DNA of 64,000 nt. Source: Candidatus Latescibacterota bacterium. Its GTDB lineage: Bacteria > Latescibacterota > UBA2968 > GCA-2709665. Position numbers and translations under genes: made by a program. Positions within the stretch are counted from its first letter, which is position 1, and each line of letters opens with the position of its first letter. This document shows, in pieces, positions 49,714 through 60,056 of the stretch. A model generated the notes under the pieces. It did no database searches, was not told the origin of the DNA, and saw only the letters and a list, made by a program, of their open reading frames with translations. Location: assembly GCA_965205485.1 (NCBI GenBank), contig OZ242180.1, positions 160,001 to 224,000 of the forward strand, in the 5' to 3' direction.

Positions 49714-50757
49714 CTACAGTTCGAGGCCCACCTTCCGCCCCGTTTCCACAATTTGCGCCCAGGTGGCATCGGGCACGGGAATGCCGGACTGCGATCGCTC
49801 CTTCCGGGTGCGCCACGAACGCTCTCCCGGCACCAGCACCTCGTCCGACCCCGGCGCCGGTTCGGCGGACTTCACGTAGTCGACGAACCGCTTTACCTCC
49901 GCCTTGAAATCCTCAAGCGGCTGAAACGCTTCGATGTCAATTGCCTGCACAAAAAGCGCGTTGCCGGTCACTTCAGAGTTTTCTCGTGAACAACCGGCAG
50001 GCGACAAGGCGCCCGAGAGAATATCGATCACGAAGGCCAGCCCGTATCCCTTGTGGGCTACGGGGCCGCCGAATGGAAGCAGCGCGCCCTTCGGCTCCGT
50101 CATATACACCCGCGGATCGTTCGTGGGATAGCCCTCGTGGTCGATCATCCACCCGTCCGGCATCCGTTCGCCCTTCGCCAGCGTCACGCGAACTTTGCCT
50201 CCGGCAGCCACCGCGGTTGTGAAGTCCAGTGCGATCGGATATTCGCCGGCGGACGGACACGCGACCGCCAGGCAGTTCGCGGGGAGTATTCTCCCGATCC
50301 CGCCCGACGGGGGCATCGCCAGATCGGCCCCGTGTCCGTTGTTCGCCAGCATGCCGATCATGTCCGCTTCCGCGGCGAGCGGCGTAAAGGCGCCCAGCCG
50401 GCCGACGTGGTTGCACCTGTGGACCGTAACCAGCCCGACCGAGGCCTCGCAAGCCTTGCGGATGGCCGCCTTCATCGCGGCAACCGCGGTTACGTGCCCG
50501 AACCCCCAGTTCCCGTTCAACACAGCCGTAGCGGGCGTTTCCCTTTCCACCTCGACCACCGCGCCCGGAACGATCTGTCCGGACTCCACCCCCGCGACGT
50601 ACTGCGGCAGACGCTGCATACCGTGCGAGTCGTGGCCGGACAGGCTGGACTCCACCAGCTGCCCCGCGACCGTTTCCGCTTCTTCGGGCGTGGCGCCCAC
50701 GCGCTCATAGATCTCCCGCCCGATTCGTCGCAGTTCGGCGGCGGAAAAAACCGGCAT
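49714..50757 (-). CDS. Ldh_2 (malate/L-lactate/L-sulfolactate dehydrogenase-like) oxidoreductase
   Basis: GHDSHG, NHVGRLG, LLPFGG..HKGYGL, LVPGE. Confidence 0.92.
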   Translation of the reverse strand: MPVFSAAELRRIGREIYERVGATPEEAETVAGQLVESSLSGHDSHGMQRLPQYVAGVESGQIVPGAVVEVERETPATAVLNGNWGFGHVTAVAAMKAAIRKACEASVGLVTVHRCNHVGRLGAFTPLAAEADMIGMLANNGHGADLAMPPSGGIGRILPANCLAVACPSAGEYPIALDFTTAVAAGGKVRVTLAKGERMPDGWMIDHEGYPTNDPRVYMTEPKGALLPFGGPVAHKGYGLAFVIDILSGALSPAGCSRENSEVTGNALFVQAIDIEAFQPLEDFKAEVKRFVDYVKSAEPAPGSDEVLVPGERSWRTRKERSQSGIPVPDATWAQIVETGRKVGLEL

Positions 50758-50813
50758 ACCAGTACCCCTCGATGGGAATTTACTGCCCGTTCGGTGTCTT
50801 CTATCGCGCATCT

Positions 50814-52667
50814 CTAACTGGAATACGCCGCCTCGACGCTGTCACGGTACTGTTCCAGAATCGCCCCCGGAACCACCTTCTTCAGGCCCCGCGTCAGCGT
50901 ACCCGCCTCCTCGCTGAGCGCGTCGGGCAGCACGAGAATCCTCTGGGGACGCTCGTGTCCGGGCAGGCCGGCGGCGGTCGCTTCGTTCAGCAGGAGTTCC
51001 CGCAGTCGATCCGCCACGCCCGAATGCCTGCGTACGGCGTCATCGTCCTCCGGCAGGTCCTGGATATCGGATAACGTCCTCGCCTCCTCGACGTTTACCG
51101 TGACAACGGGCATGGGAAAGGACCCGCTCTGATCGCCGTAGATAATCACGTGTTCCACAAGCGATACGCGTGCATACAGTCGTTCGAGCATTTCGGGATT
51201 CACGAACTCCCCGTTGCTGAGTTTGAACTGCCGCCCCAGGCGACCCCGAAACGTCAGGTAACCGTCACCGTCGATGCTGAAGAGGTCCCCCGTCCGATAC
51301 CACGTTTTGCCGGCTTCGTCCGTCACCAGCGTCTCCGCGGTACGATCCGGGTCGTTGAGATATTTGCGCATCACGTGGGACCCGTGCACCCAGAGCTCAC
51401 CCTCTTTTCCGTTGCTGTCATGGTAGGTGTGCGTGGCAGGATCTCCGGACCCGACTTCCTCGCCCTCTTCCGTGATCAGCTTCACTTCCTGCAGCGGCCT
51501 TCCCACCGTACCGGTCTTCTGTGCTTCCAGCGTATTGACCGCGATCAGCGGACAACACTCGGTGGTGCCGTACCCCTCGAGCGAGTTGATATCCAGCACG
51601 TCCTGGAAGAAATCCAGCGCCTCCGGGTCCGCCTTGGCAGAGCCCACGATCAGAAGTTCCAGCCGTCCACCCACGCGCTGGGACAGCTTCTCCTTTATCG
51701 CGGCGACGACCTTCTTTCCGATCAGTCCGTACACGGCCCGGTCCCCGACGGACGACGTACCCCTGGAGATGTTTCGCTTGGCCCGTACCGCGCGCTCCAC
51801 GAGACGGCCCTTCAATCCACCGGCGTCAATTTCCTTTCGCACGTTTCCGTATACCTTGTCCAGAATCAGGGGCACGGTGAGGAAGCCGTGCGGCTCGGAA
51901 TAGCGAATATCCACCAGCACCCGGTCCGGCGAACGCGCGAGATCCAGGGTCCAGCCTTTCATCAGGGGATAATAGATATTCAGGATTCCCATGGTATGGT
52001 AGTCCGGCGCGGACTTGAACAGAACCGGTTGTTCACGGAGAGAGATCCCGTCCCATACCGACCTGACGTTGTCCACCAGGTTGCGATGGGTCTGCACCAC
52101 GCCCTTGGGCAAGCCAGACGAACCCGATGTGTAGACCACCTTCGACTCGTCGTCCGGGTAAATCTCCACGTCGGGAGGAGGCGCCTCGCCTCCGTCCTGA
52201 ACCAGGGCGAAAAACGACCGGATGTCGTCGGACTGGCCCTCCGTCAGGATCAGTTTCGGAGATTTCGCCAGACCCGGCAGCACCCGATCCACCTGTTCGC
52301 GGCTCCTGCTGTCCAGGAAGAGCACCTCGAGGCCCGAATGCTCGATCATGTATTTGAGAATATCGTCCGGAAGCTTGTTGCAAAGCGGCACGGAAGACAA
52401 CCCCAGCATATCCGCCGCCAGGAAAATCAGCACCGGCTCGAGACCGCCGTCCGTCAGTATCCCCACGCGGTCGCCCTTTGCGTAACCGGCGCGAGCCAGT
52501 CCGGAGGCCAGCCGGTCCCGCTGTTCGCGGAGCTGCGCGTAGGTCATCGGAACGTAGCGCAAGCCCCGTTCGCCCTGCTGATCGGACTGCCTCAGAACGC
52601 GCACGGCGGTCCGATCCGCGTGCTCCGTGAAGCTCTCGTTCATCAGGTCTTTGAGTGTCCGATTCAT
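50814..52667 (-). CDS. Long-chain acyl-CoA synthetase (AMP-forming)
   Basis: YTSGSSGLPKGV, EGYGTTE, YRTGD, LSNGEFVNP; AAGGAG RBS before ATG 52667. Confidence 0.88.
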   Translation of the reverse strand: MNRTLKDLMNESFTEHADRTAVRVLRQSDQQGERGLRYVPMTYAQLREQRDRLASGLARAGYAKGDRVGILTDGGLEPVLIFLAADMLGLSSVPLCNKLPDDILKYMIEHSGLEVLFLDSRSREQVDRVLPGLAKSPKLILTEGQSDDIRSFFALVQDGGEAPPPDVEIYPDDESKVVYTSGSSGLPKGVVQTHRNLVDNVRSVWDGISLREQPVLFKSAPDYHTMGILNIYYPLMKGWTLDLARSPDRVLVDIRYSEPHGFLTVPLILDKVYGNVRKEIDAGGLKGRLVERAVRAKRNISRGTSSVGDRAVYGLIGKKVVAAIKEKLSQRVGGRLELLIVGSAKADPEALDFFQDVLDINSLEGYGTTECCPLIAVNTLEAQKTGTVGRPLQEVKLITEEGEEVGSGDPATHTYHDSNGKEGELWVHGSHVMRKYLNDPDRTAETLVTDEAGKTWYRTGDLFSIDGDGYLTFRGRLGRQFKLSNGEFVNPEMLERLYARVSLVEHVIIYGDQSGSFPMPVVTVNVEEARTLSDIQDLPEDDDAVRRHSGVADRLRELLLNEATAAGLPGHERPQRILVLPDALSEEAGTLTRGLKKVVPGAILEQYRDSVEAAYSS

Positions 52668-52860
52668 ATCCGTATGTCTCCTTTTTTCAGGCTCCGGTGT
52701 TGGATCCTCCCTCAGGATCGCGGGCGTCAGCCGATCTGACAACCATTCCCGGAGCCGCGTCATAACCCGTCGCTCTATGATGACGCTCAATGTCGTCCCG
52801 TCGTGGACCGACAAGCGTGCTAATATAACCATGCGTCCGGGCCGCCGCAATTGTTTCCCG

Positions 52861-53292
52861 TCATTTGATATCGTCGTGCGCCGGACGAAAGGCCAATTGC
52901 GTCTTGCGGTCATCGCCTTCGCCGCGATGCAGGTAAATCGCGTCTACCGGTACGCCGATTTCGATGGATTCCGGGTTCCGGGAATCGACGCCTTCAATGC
53001 GGGCGACGACTCTGGGACCCTCGTCCAGTTTGACGACGCCGGTACAATAGGGGTTTTCGCGATCGAAGCCCTCCTCCTGCATGGCAGGCGGACCGATGGA
53101 TATGCTTGTGATGGCAACGAGCCTGCCGGCGCCCTTCATTCGGGCCCACTGCATGTCCGTGTGATGACATTCCGCGCACAGCGGACGGGGCGGAACGAAT
53201 GTGGCCCCGCAGCGGCCGCACGTGGACCCCATCAGCTTCTTCTTGCCGAGGAACGCTTCGAACCCGTAATCGCTGATCGGGGGAGTTGTCAC
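52861..53292 (-). CDS. Zn-ribbon/OB-fold protein (DUF35, ChsH2-like)
   Basis: C..CG..F.PPR..C..C followed by an OB-fold; adjacent to the thiolase. Confidence 0.9.
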   Translation of the reverse strand: MTTPPISDYGFEAFLGKKKLMGSTCGRCGATFVPPRPLCAECHHTDMQWARMKGAGRLVAITSISIGPPAMQEEGFDRENPYCTGVVKLDEGPRVVARIEGVDSRNPESIEIGVPVDAIYLHRGEGDDRKTQLAFRPAHDDIK

Positions 53293-53295
53293 TCT

Positions 53296-54561
53296 CTATC
53301 GCCTTTCAAGGATCGTAAACGTGCTTGTGCCGCCGGTGCCGCCGAGGTTATGCGCCGCGCCCAGGCGCAGGTCCCCGTTCGGCACCTGTCGCGCGCCGGC
53401 CTGTTGCCTCAGCTGTTCCCATACCTCGATCAACTGCGCGATACCCGTCGCTCCCACGGGATGACCCTTGCATTTCAGCCCGCCGGAGGTGTTGATCGGC
53501 TTCGGCCCGTCCAGCCGGGTCGCACCCTCGCCGGCGGCCCTGCATCCGTCACCCGGGCCGAAGAAGCCGAGATCCTCGATGTGCAGGATCTCCGCGATGG
53601 AAAAGCAGTCGTGCACCTCAGCGAACTGTATGTCCGCGGGACCGAGGTCCGCCATGGCATAGGCTTCCCGGGCCGCCCGGCGCGTGGCCTCGAAGCTCGT
53701 CAGATCCGGCGCGGCGTGGAGTCCCCTTCCGCTGCCCTGGCCAAGGCCCGCCACGTAAAGGGGATCGTCTGTAAACTGCCTGGCCATCTCTTCACCGACC
53801 AGAAGAATACACCCGGCGCCGTCGCTGATGGGACAGCAATCGAACAGATGCATGGGCCAGGCGACCGGCGGGTTGACGCCTGGGTCGCGCAGGAAGTCCT
53901 TTTCATCCTCCCATCGCGGCGCCGGATTGCCGATCGCTTTCGCGCGCGCTACCTTCGATTCCATTATCTCGGCGATTGAAGCGCGGAACTGCGCTTTCGG
54001 ATTCAGCGGCGCATTGTCATGGCTCTTGATCGTCACGTCCATCAGGTGCTCGCGCGTCGCTCCGTACTTATGGAAGTACGCCGTCGCGATCGCGCCGAAT
54101 ACGCCCGGAAAAGTGAAGCCTGACTTTCGCTCGTAGGGTACCGCCGCGGACGCCAGGCCCTCCGCCACGTCGGCCGTGGAGCGTTTCGACATATCCTCCA
54201 CGCCGCCCACCAGGACCATATCGTAGAATCCCGACGCGACGGCAAAGACGCCTTCCCGGAAGGCGATTGCGCTGGAGGCGCATGCGCCCTCCGTGCGGGT
54301 CGCAGGTCTGGGAACCAGGCCCAGCGCGTCGACGAGAATGGCGCCCCAGTGGGACTGATGCACGAAGAAGTCGTTCGTGAAATTGCCGATATAGAGCGCA
54401 TCGATATCGCCGGGATCCACACCCTTGTCCACCGATTCGATCATGGCGCGAAAGGCGTCCACGAACAGGTCCCTGGAATCCCGTTCCCGGAACATGCCGA
54501 ACGGTGACATCCCGGCGCCCACAACTGCGACACCGCGCCCCAGTTTTCGTTTCTTGATCAT
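53296..54561 (-). CDS. Thiolase-family protein (SCP2/archaeal type)
   Basis: EGACASS, DCCPISDGA, EVHDCF, INTSGGL..KGHPVGATG. Confidence 0.92.
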   Translation of the reverse strand: MIKKRKLGRGVAVVGAGMSPFGMFRERDSRDLFVDAFRAMIESVDKGVDPGDIDALYIGNFTNDFFVHQSHWGAILVDALGLVPRPATRTEGACASSAIAFREGVFAVASGFYDMVLVGGVEDMSKRSTADVAEGLASAAVPYERKSGFTFPGVFGAIATAYFHKYGATREHLMDVTIKSHDNAPLNPKAQFRASIAEIMESKVARAKAIGNPAPRWEDEKDFLRDPGVNPPVAWPMHLFDCCPISDGAGCILLVGEEMARQFTDDPLYVAGLGQGSGRGLHAAPDLTSFEATRRAAREAYAMADLGPADIQFAEVHDCFSIAEILHIEDLGFFGPGDGCRAAGEGATRLDGPKPINTSGGLKCKGHPVGATGIAQLIEVWEQLRQQAGARQVPNGDLRLGAAHNLGGTGGTSTFTILERR

Positions 54562-54574
54562 ACGGGATACGCCT

Positions 54575-56140
54575 TTAGATCACCCTGCTCTCCCTGCCAC
54601 CCCAATACGGCGCCCTGATCAGATTCTTGACGACCTTGCCGTAGTTGTTTTTTGGCAGTTCCTCGACGAAATCCACGGACCCCGGTTTCTTGAAGCTGGC
54701 GATCCGCCCTTTGCAGAAGTCGATCAGCTCCTCACCGGACACGTCGCGCCCGGGCGCTTTGACGACGACCGCCTTGACGGCCTCTCCCCACTCGGGATGG
54801 GGCACGCCGATGACCGCAACCTCGAAAACGGCCGGATGCCGGATGAGCACCTCTTCGATCTCGCGGGGGTAGATGTTCTCGCCGCCGCTGATGATCAGGT
54901 CCTTGGAGCGATCGAGCAGAAAAACGTAGCCGTCTTCGTCCATGTACCCAACGTCGCCTGTATGGAGCCAGCCGTCTTTCAGAGCGGCCGCCGTGGCGCC
55001 CGGATTGTGCCAGTATCCCTTCATGACGAGGTCCGAGCGGGTAACGATCTCGCCGATGGCGCCCGGCGGGAGTTCAAAGTCCTCTTTGTCCAGGATCCTG
55101 ATTTCGACGTCGGTGCGCGCAAAACCCACAGAACTGAGTCTCTTCATCTGTTGCGGGGTACCGTTCAAAACGTGGTCGCGGTGGGGCAGGCAGGTGATCG
55201 TCATTGGAGATTCGCCCTGACCGTACAGCTGCACCAGGCACGGCCCCAGCTTTTCGATGGCAACCCGGAGGTCATCGGCCAGCATCGGTCCGCCACCGTA
55301 GTTGAGGATCTTCAGCGATCGCAAATCGTACCGGTGCAGCGAAGGGCTCTCCGCCATACGTTTGACCATCGTCGGCGCCGCGAACATGTTCGTTACACGA
55401 TACCTCTCGATCGCCTCCAGGACGTTCTCGACGTCAAACGAAACAGTCTCCGGAATGACGTTGGCCGCGGCCTTGCCGACGTTGGGCAGGGCGTACAGGC
55501 CGCTCCCGTGGGACAGCGGCGCCGCGTGCAGGGCCACGTCGTCCGGACCGAAACCCTGGCAGATGTCCGAATAGAAGTTCATCGTCATCGCCAGCAGATT
55601 GCGGTGCGTCAGGAGCGCCCCCTTTGGCTGAGCTGTGGTTCCGGACGTGTAGAACACCCACGCCACGTCGTCGGAGTCCACGTCCGCATCGTCAAATCCG
55701 GCGCTTTCCGCGCGGATCAACGTCTCATAGTCCAGCATTCTCTCGTGTGCATCCGCGATGGTGACGACGTTCCGTACACGGGGCAGGCGCTCCCTGATCT
55801 GCGAGACCGGCGCGTTGAATTCGGAAGAGATGATAACCAGTTCAGATTCCGAATGGTCGATGACGAACGCGTATTCATTGGCATGCAGACGGAAATTGAT
55901 CGGCACGGCCGCGGCGCCGACCTTGAAACACGCGAACATGGATTCGAGCATTTCCGGGAGATTCTGCATGAGGATAGCGACGTGGTCTCCGCGGCGGACG
56001 CCCATCCTGCCAAGTGCGTGCGCCAGCCGGTTCACGCGCTCGTTGAACAGGGCGTAGGTCCACCGCCCGGGACCGCACGCCACGGCCAGATTCTGAGGAT
56101 ACGTGCGCGCGGATTTCGTCAGCAGCGTGCCGATGTTCAT
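54575..56140 (-). CDS. Acyl-CoA synthetase
   Basis: YTSGTT.QPKG, YGQGE, HTGD, ISGGENIYPRE, LPKN..GK. Confidence 0.92.
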   Translation of the reverse strand: MNIGTLLTKSARTYPQNLAVACGPGRWTYALFNERVNRLAHALGRMGVRRGDHVAILMQNLPEMLESMFACFKVGAAAVPINFRLHANEYAFVIDHSESELVIISSEFNAPVSQIRERLPRVRNVVTIADAHERMLDYETLIRAESAGFDDADVDSDDVAWVFYTSGTTAQPKGALLTHRNLLAMTMNFYSDICQGFGPDDVALHAAPLSHGSGLYALPNVGKAAANVIPETVSFDVENVLEAIERYRVTNMFAAPTMVKRMAESPSLHRYDLRSLKILNYGGGPMLADDLRVAIEKLGPCLVQLYGQGESPMTITCLPHRDHVLNGTPQQMKRLSSVGFARTDVEIRILDKEDFELPPGAIGEIVTRSDLVMKGYWHNPGATAAALKDGWLHTGDVGYMDEDGYVFLLDRSKDLIISGGENIYPREIEEVLIRHPAVFEVAVIGVPHPEWGEAVKAVVVKAPGRDVSGEELIDFCKGRIASFKKPGSVDFVEELPKNNYGKVVKNLIRAPYWGGRESRVI

Positions 56141-56329
56141 GGGCAACCTAAATTCCTGAGAGATCGATCTACACGGCAGACGCAGAAGCGTCTCAATCAC
56201 TCGAGGGACCGGTCCCGATCGGAATCTTACCGCAAGGGAGCAACCGATTCAACCGTATATACAGAAAATGCCTCAGCCAGAAAAGGAAATTCAAGGCGTG
56301 AGGCATCGAAACGTTATGCTCTCGGACTG

Positions 56330-57391
56330 TTATGCGGCAGGGATCATGGTGATGCAGACCGGCTGCGGCGTCTCGACCTGTTGTCCGGTGGCCGTGAGTT
56401 TCCCCGTCTGTCCGTCGATTCGATACGTGACGATGTTGTCTGTATTCTGATTGGCGGCGAAAAGGAACCGTCCGGAGGGATCCAGCGCGAAATTACGCGG
56501 AAACTCGCCGCGGGTCGACTCGTGGTCCACGACCGATAACCTCCCCGTACCTGAGTCGACTTCAAATATGACGATACTGTCGTGCCCCCGGTTCGAGCCG
56601 TACACGAAGCGCCCGTCCGGCGACACGTGGATATCCGCACAATAGCTGGTATCGGTGAAGTCCGGGGGCAACGTGGAGATTACCTGGGCCGTCTCCAGGA
56701 CCCCTCGATCTTCATCGTACGCGTACGTCACGGCCGTATTGTCCAGCTCATTGATCAGGTATGCGCGTTTCCGGTTGGGATGAAACGCGAAGTGCCTGGG
56801 TCCGGCGCCCGCCTGAACATCCACCCCGGGGGGATCGTTCGGCGCTATCGTCTGCTTCTCCGCATCCAGCCGGTAGACCAGCACTTTATCGATGCCCAGG
56901 TCCGCTGAGACAGCGAAGCGATTGCCCGGATCGATGGTGATGGAATGCGCATGCGGCCCCTGCTGTCTGCCCGGATTCACGCTGGAACCTTCGTGCTGAA
57001 AAACGGAAGTGGCCTCGCCCAGACTGCCGTCGTCCAGGATGGGCAGCGCCGCCACGCCGCCGCTGGAATAATTGGCCACCAACACCACCCGACCGGTTGC
57101 GTCCACGCTCACGTGACAGGGACCGGCGCCCATGCTGGACTGATGGTTCAGCGAACCCAATGCGCCGGTGGCCCGATCGATCTCGAACGCATGTATCGCC
57201 CCTCCGTCATCGACTTCCGCTACAGAGTAAAGGAACCTGTTCGACGGGTGGACGGCCTGGAATGAAGGATTCTTCACGTCCGAAACCGTACTTTGGAGCG
57301 CCAGGTCACCCGTGGACAGGTCCAGACGGTAGACCGAAATGCCGGTACCGCCCACGTAAAACCACATTGATTCCACCTGCTGTCGTGTCAT
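56330..57391 (-). CDS. pgl: 6-phosphogluconolactonase family (7-bladed lactonase)
   Basis: ANY..G, RQ.GPHAH, DLG.D, GPRHF.FHP, SNRGHDS, PRNF. Confidence 0.88.
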   Translation of the reverse strand: MTRQQVESMWFYVGGTGISVYRLDLSTGDLALQSTVSDVKNPSFQAVHPSNRFLYSVAEVDDGGAIHAFEIDRATGALGSLNHQSSMGAGPCHVSVDATGRVVLVANYSSGGVAALPILDDGSLGEATSVFQHEGSSVNPGRQQGPHAHSITIDPGNRFAVSADLGIDKVLVYRLDAEKQTIAPNDPPGVDVQAGAGPRHFAFHPNRKRAYLINELDNTAVTYAYDEDRGVLETAQVISTLPPDFTDTSYCADIHVSPDGRFVYGSNRGHDSIVIFEVDSGTGRLSVVDHESTRGEFPRNFALDPSGRFLFAANQNTDNIVTYRIDGQTGKLTATGQQVETPQPVCITMIPAA

Positions 57392-57460
57392 ATCCCGATC
57401 CTCCTGTTAAATCTGTCCCGCCAGGTCCGGCGGTATAACGGGCTGCTTTCTGCCCCTCGA

Positions 57461-58057
57461 TTACGCTCCAGACGGAAGACGCCCGCTGCTCACGGCGCGG
57501 TCGATCAATCCACGGACGTACGTCCACAGAGCAGGTGCCCCCGCTTCGATATGCCGATTCCGCGCAATTACCTGCTCCGAACTGATTCCGTGCTCCTGCC
57601 ACGCGATCCCACCTGATCCGTAGTTCAGCAGGATCGGCTGAAACCGGTCCAGCGCTTCCGCGTATTTCGCCTCGGGAGTCTCGCCCGCCTCGAATTCCTC
57701 CCACAACGCGAACACCTCCCCGGCCAGATCGTCGGGAAGCAGGTTGAAAATCCGGTCGGCCGCAAGGCGCTCTCGTTCCGCCTTATCGACGTGGGCCGCC
57801 TCGTCGTAGGCAAAAGTATCTCCGGCGTCGATCTCAACGACGTCGTGAAGCAGCAGCATTTTCACGACTCGCGCGAGATCCACCTCTTCCCTTGCATATT
57901 CGGACAGCAGTACGGCCATCGCGGCCAGGTGCCACGAATGCTCCGCGCTGTTCTCCCGGCGTTTTCCGTCGATCAGGTACGTCCGCCGGAGTACCTGCTT
58001 CAGCTTGTCGATCTCGACGATAAAGGCGATCTGTCGTTCAAGCCTGTCGGCATCCAT
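57461..58057 (-). CDS. HD-domain hydrolase (HDDC2/YfbR-like)
   Basis: ENSAEHSWHL, LHDVVEIDAGD, LWEEFE, DRFQP. Confidence 0.9.
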   Translation of the reverse strand: MDADRLERQIAFIVEIDKLKQVLRRTYLIDGKRRENSAEHSWHLAAMAVLLSEYAREEVDLARVVKMLLLHDVVEIDAGDTFAYDEAAHVDKAERERLAADRIFNLLPDDLAGEVFALWEEFEAGETPEAKYAEALDRFQPILLNYGSGGIAWQEHGISSEQVIARNRHIEAGAPALWTYVRGLIDRAVSSGRLPSGA

Positions 58058-58861
58058 CTATTGACTCGCCTTAGAAGCTGTCTTAGGTGGCAGCGGCCAC
58101 TTCTCGCCGGCCATGAATCCGCCGTCCACGTAGATGTGCTGGCCGGTCACGTAGTCCGAAGCCGCGGATGCCAGAAACACGGCGGTTCCCACCAGGTCGT
58201 CCGGTACGCCCAGCCGCCCGGCCGGAGTCCGGCCCTCGCCCCAGGCCCGCATTGTCGGATCGGACCATAACTTTTCCGTGAGTGGCGTCAGAATGAAACC
58301 GGGGCAGATCGCGTTCACCTGGATATTGTGCGGGCCGAGTTCCAGGGCCTGCGCCTTAGTCAACTGACCGACGGCGCCCTTGGTGGCGGTATAGACCGAC
58401 ACGCCGTGCAGGGCGATTCCAGTGGTCAGGGAGCCGATATTGATGATCTTGCCCTGCTTGCGCGGGATCATGTCTTCGGCGGCCATTTGCGACAGGAAAT
58501 AGAGACCCTTCAAATTCACGTCCATGATCCGGTCGTAATGCGCCTCCGCAACCTCCTGTAGCGGCTCCCGGATATTCATCCCCGCATTGTTCACCAGAAT
58601 GTCGAGTTGCCCATATTGAGCAAGGGTCGTTTCCATCCCCCGCCTGACGACGTCCAGATCCGCCATATCCATTTCGACGGCCAGCGCGTCGCCGCCCGCC
58701 GCCCGTATGGCCGCCACCGTTTCGTCCAGTTGAGAACGGGTCCTGGCCGCGCATACACATCTGGCGCCGTGGGCCGCAAGGCCCTTCGCGATGCCCTGTC
58801 CGATCCCCCTCCCCGCGCCCGTCACCAGCGCGACGCGTCCTTCAAGTGAAAACAGACTCAC
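58058..58861 (-). CDS. SDR oxidoreductase (gluconate 5-dehydrogenase-like)
   Basis: TGAGRGIG, NNAG, YTATK. Confidence 0.9.
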   Translation of the reverse strand: MSLFSLEGRVALVTGAGRGIGQGIAKGLAAHGARCVCAARTRSQLDETVAAIRAAGGDALAVEMDMADLDVVRRGMETTLAQYGQLDILVNNAGMNIREPLQEVAEAHYDRIMDVNLKGLYFLSQMAAEDMIPRKQGKIINIGSLTTGIALHGVSVYTATKGAVGQLTKAQALELGPHNIQVNAICPGFILTPLTEKLWSDPTMRAWGEGRTPAGRLGVPDDLVGTAVFLASAASDYVTGQHIYVDGGFMAGEKWPLPPKTASKASQ

Positions 58862-58918
58862 CGCGTCCTCCAGTTCACAACACCCTTCACTCGCGGATAT
58901 CCGCCCATCAACCCCCCG

Positions 58919-59974
58919 TCACGCGGTGGAAAGCACCGCCTGCATCATCGCCTTGATATAGCCGAACTGGAAGGCGAACGCCTGCTCGAAACTTCCCGGC
59001 GCGCTGTGGCCCGGGGCGTGGTCCGGCACGACCATGTGCGGATATCCGACGTCCTTCAGCGCCAGCATCAGCGTGTACATATTCATGTCGCCCTCGTCGG
59101 GCCAGACTTCCTGAAACTTGTTGCGGCCGCCGAAGATATTCCGATAGTGGATCAGGTGGATCTTCTTCCGTTCCCCGAAATAGCGGATGATGTCCGGGAC
59201 CTCCGTGGCGGGATCCTCCACACTCTCCGCCATGCAGCCCAGGCAGAGGTTCAGGCCGTGATAGGGACTTGGACAGATTTCAATGAACCGCTTGAACCCC
59301 TCCGCCCCGCCCAGGACGCGGTCCACGCCCTTGTACCCCGGCGGCAGCCACGGGTCGCATGGGTGGCACGCCATGCGGACCTTGCATTCCTCCGCGACGG
59401 GGATCACCCGCTCCAGGAAGAACGTCACCCGCTCCCAGTTCTCTTCAGCGGTCACCGGCTTGTCGTATCGCGGCGTATCGGCGTCTGCCTTTGAGAGATC
59501 CCACGTGGAATACCGGACGCCTCCTCGGCCCGGCGGCACACTCTCCGTCCGCTGGTTCTCCATTTCGCACAGGAAATACTTGATGGCGGGAATCCCGGCT
59601 TCGGAAGTGGCCCGCACCATCCTGCAGACGCGATCGATCTCTTTCTCCCCCTTCTTCCAGTTCCCCAGCATGTAGTTGGGCACCGATCCGCCGTCTTCGT
59701 TGAACTGATGGAGGGGCAGCGCTACCATTTCCAGATTTACGCCGTAAGAAGCGCACTTCTCGCGTTTCTGTACGAGTTCCTCCGCATCCCAGCCCCGGTC
59801 GCGGTGGAAGGTGATGTCGTTCGCGGCCATATTGTTCACGCCGTGACGCGCGAGAAACGCCAGGTGCTCGTCGGTTGTGTCGAACCGCTGCGTGCCCACG
59901 TGCATGCGGGGATTGTCCGTGTCCCAGAGACCGTGAGGGTCCGACCTGCCGTTATCGGTTGATTCCGCTGCCAT
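58919..59974 (-). CDS. uxuA: Mannonate dehydratase family protein
   Basis: FL..VIPVAEE..V.M..HP.DP, H.RN, F.E.WPDEG, PDHAP. Confidence 0.85.
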   Translation of the reverse strand: MAAESTDNGRSDPHGLWDTDNPRMHVGTQRFDTTDEHLAFLARHGVNNMAANDITFHRDRGWDAEELVQKREKCASYGVNLEMVALPLHQFNEDGGSVPNYMLGNWKKGEKEIDRVCRMVRATSEAGIPAIKYFLCEMENQRTESVPPGRGGVRYSTWDLSKADADTPRYDKPVTAEENWERVTFFLERVIPVAEECKVRMACHPCDPWLPPGYKGVDRVLGGAEGFKRFIEICPSPYHGLNLCLGCMAESVEDPATEVPDIIRYFGERKKIHLIHYRNIFGGRNKFQEVWPDEGDMNMYTLMLALKDVGYPHMVVPDHAPGHSAPGSFEQAFAFQFGYIKAMMQAVLSTA

Positions 59975-60056
59975 CAGTAATTCGCCTCCCTCCGGCCCGC
60001 AACGCAACGACTGCGGACCCGTTGAATGCGTTCTGCCAACCGCGCCGTCTCCGACT

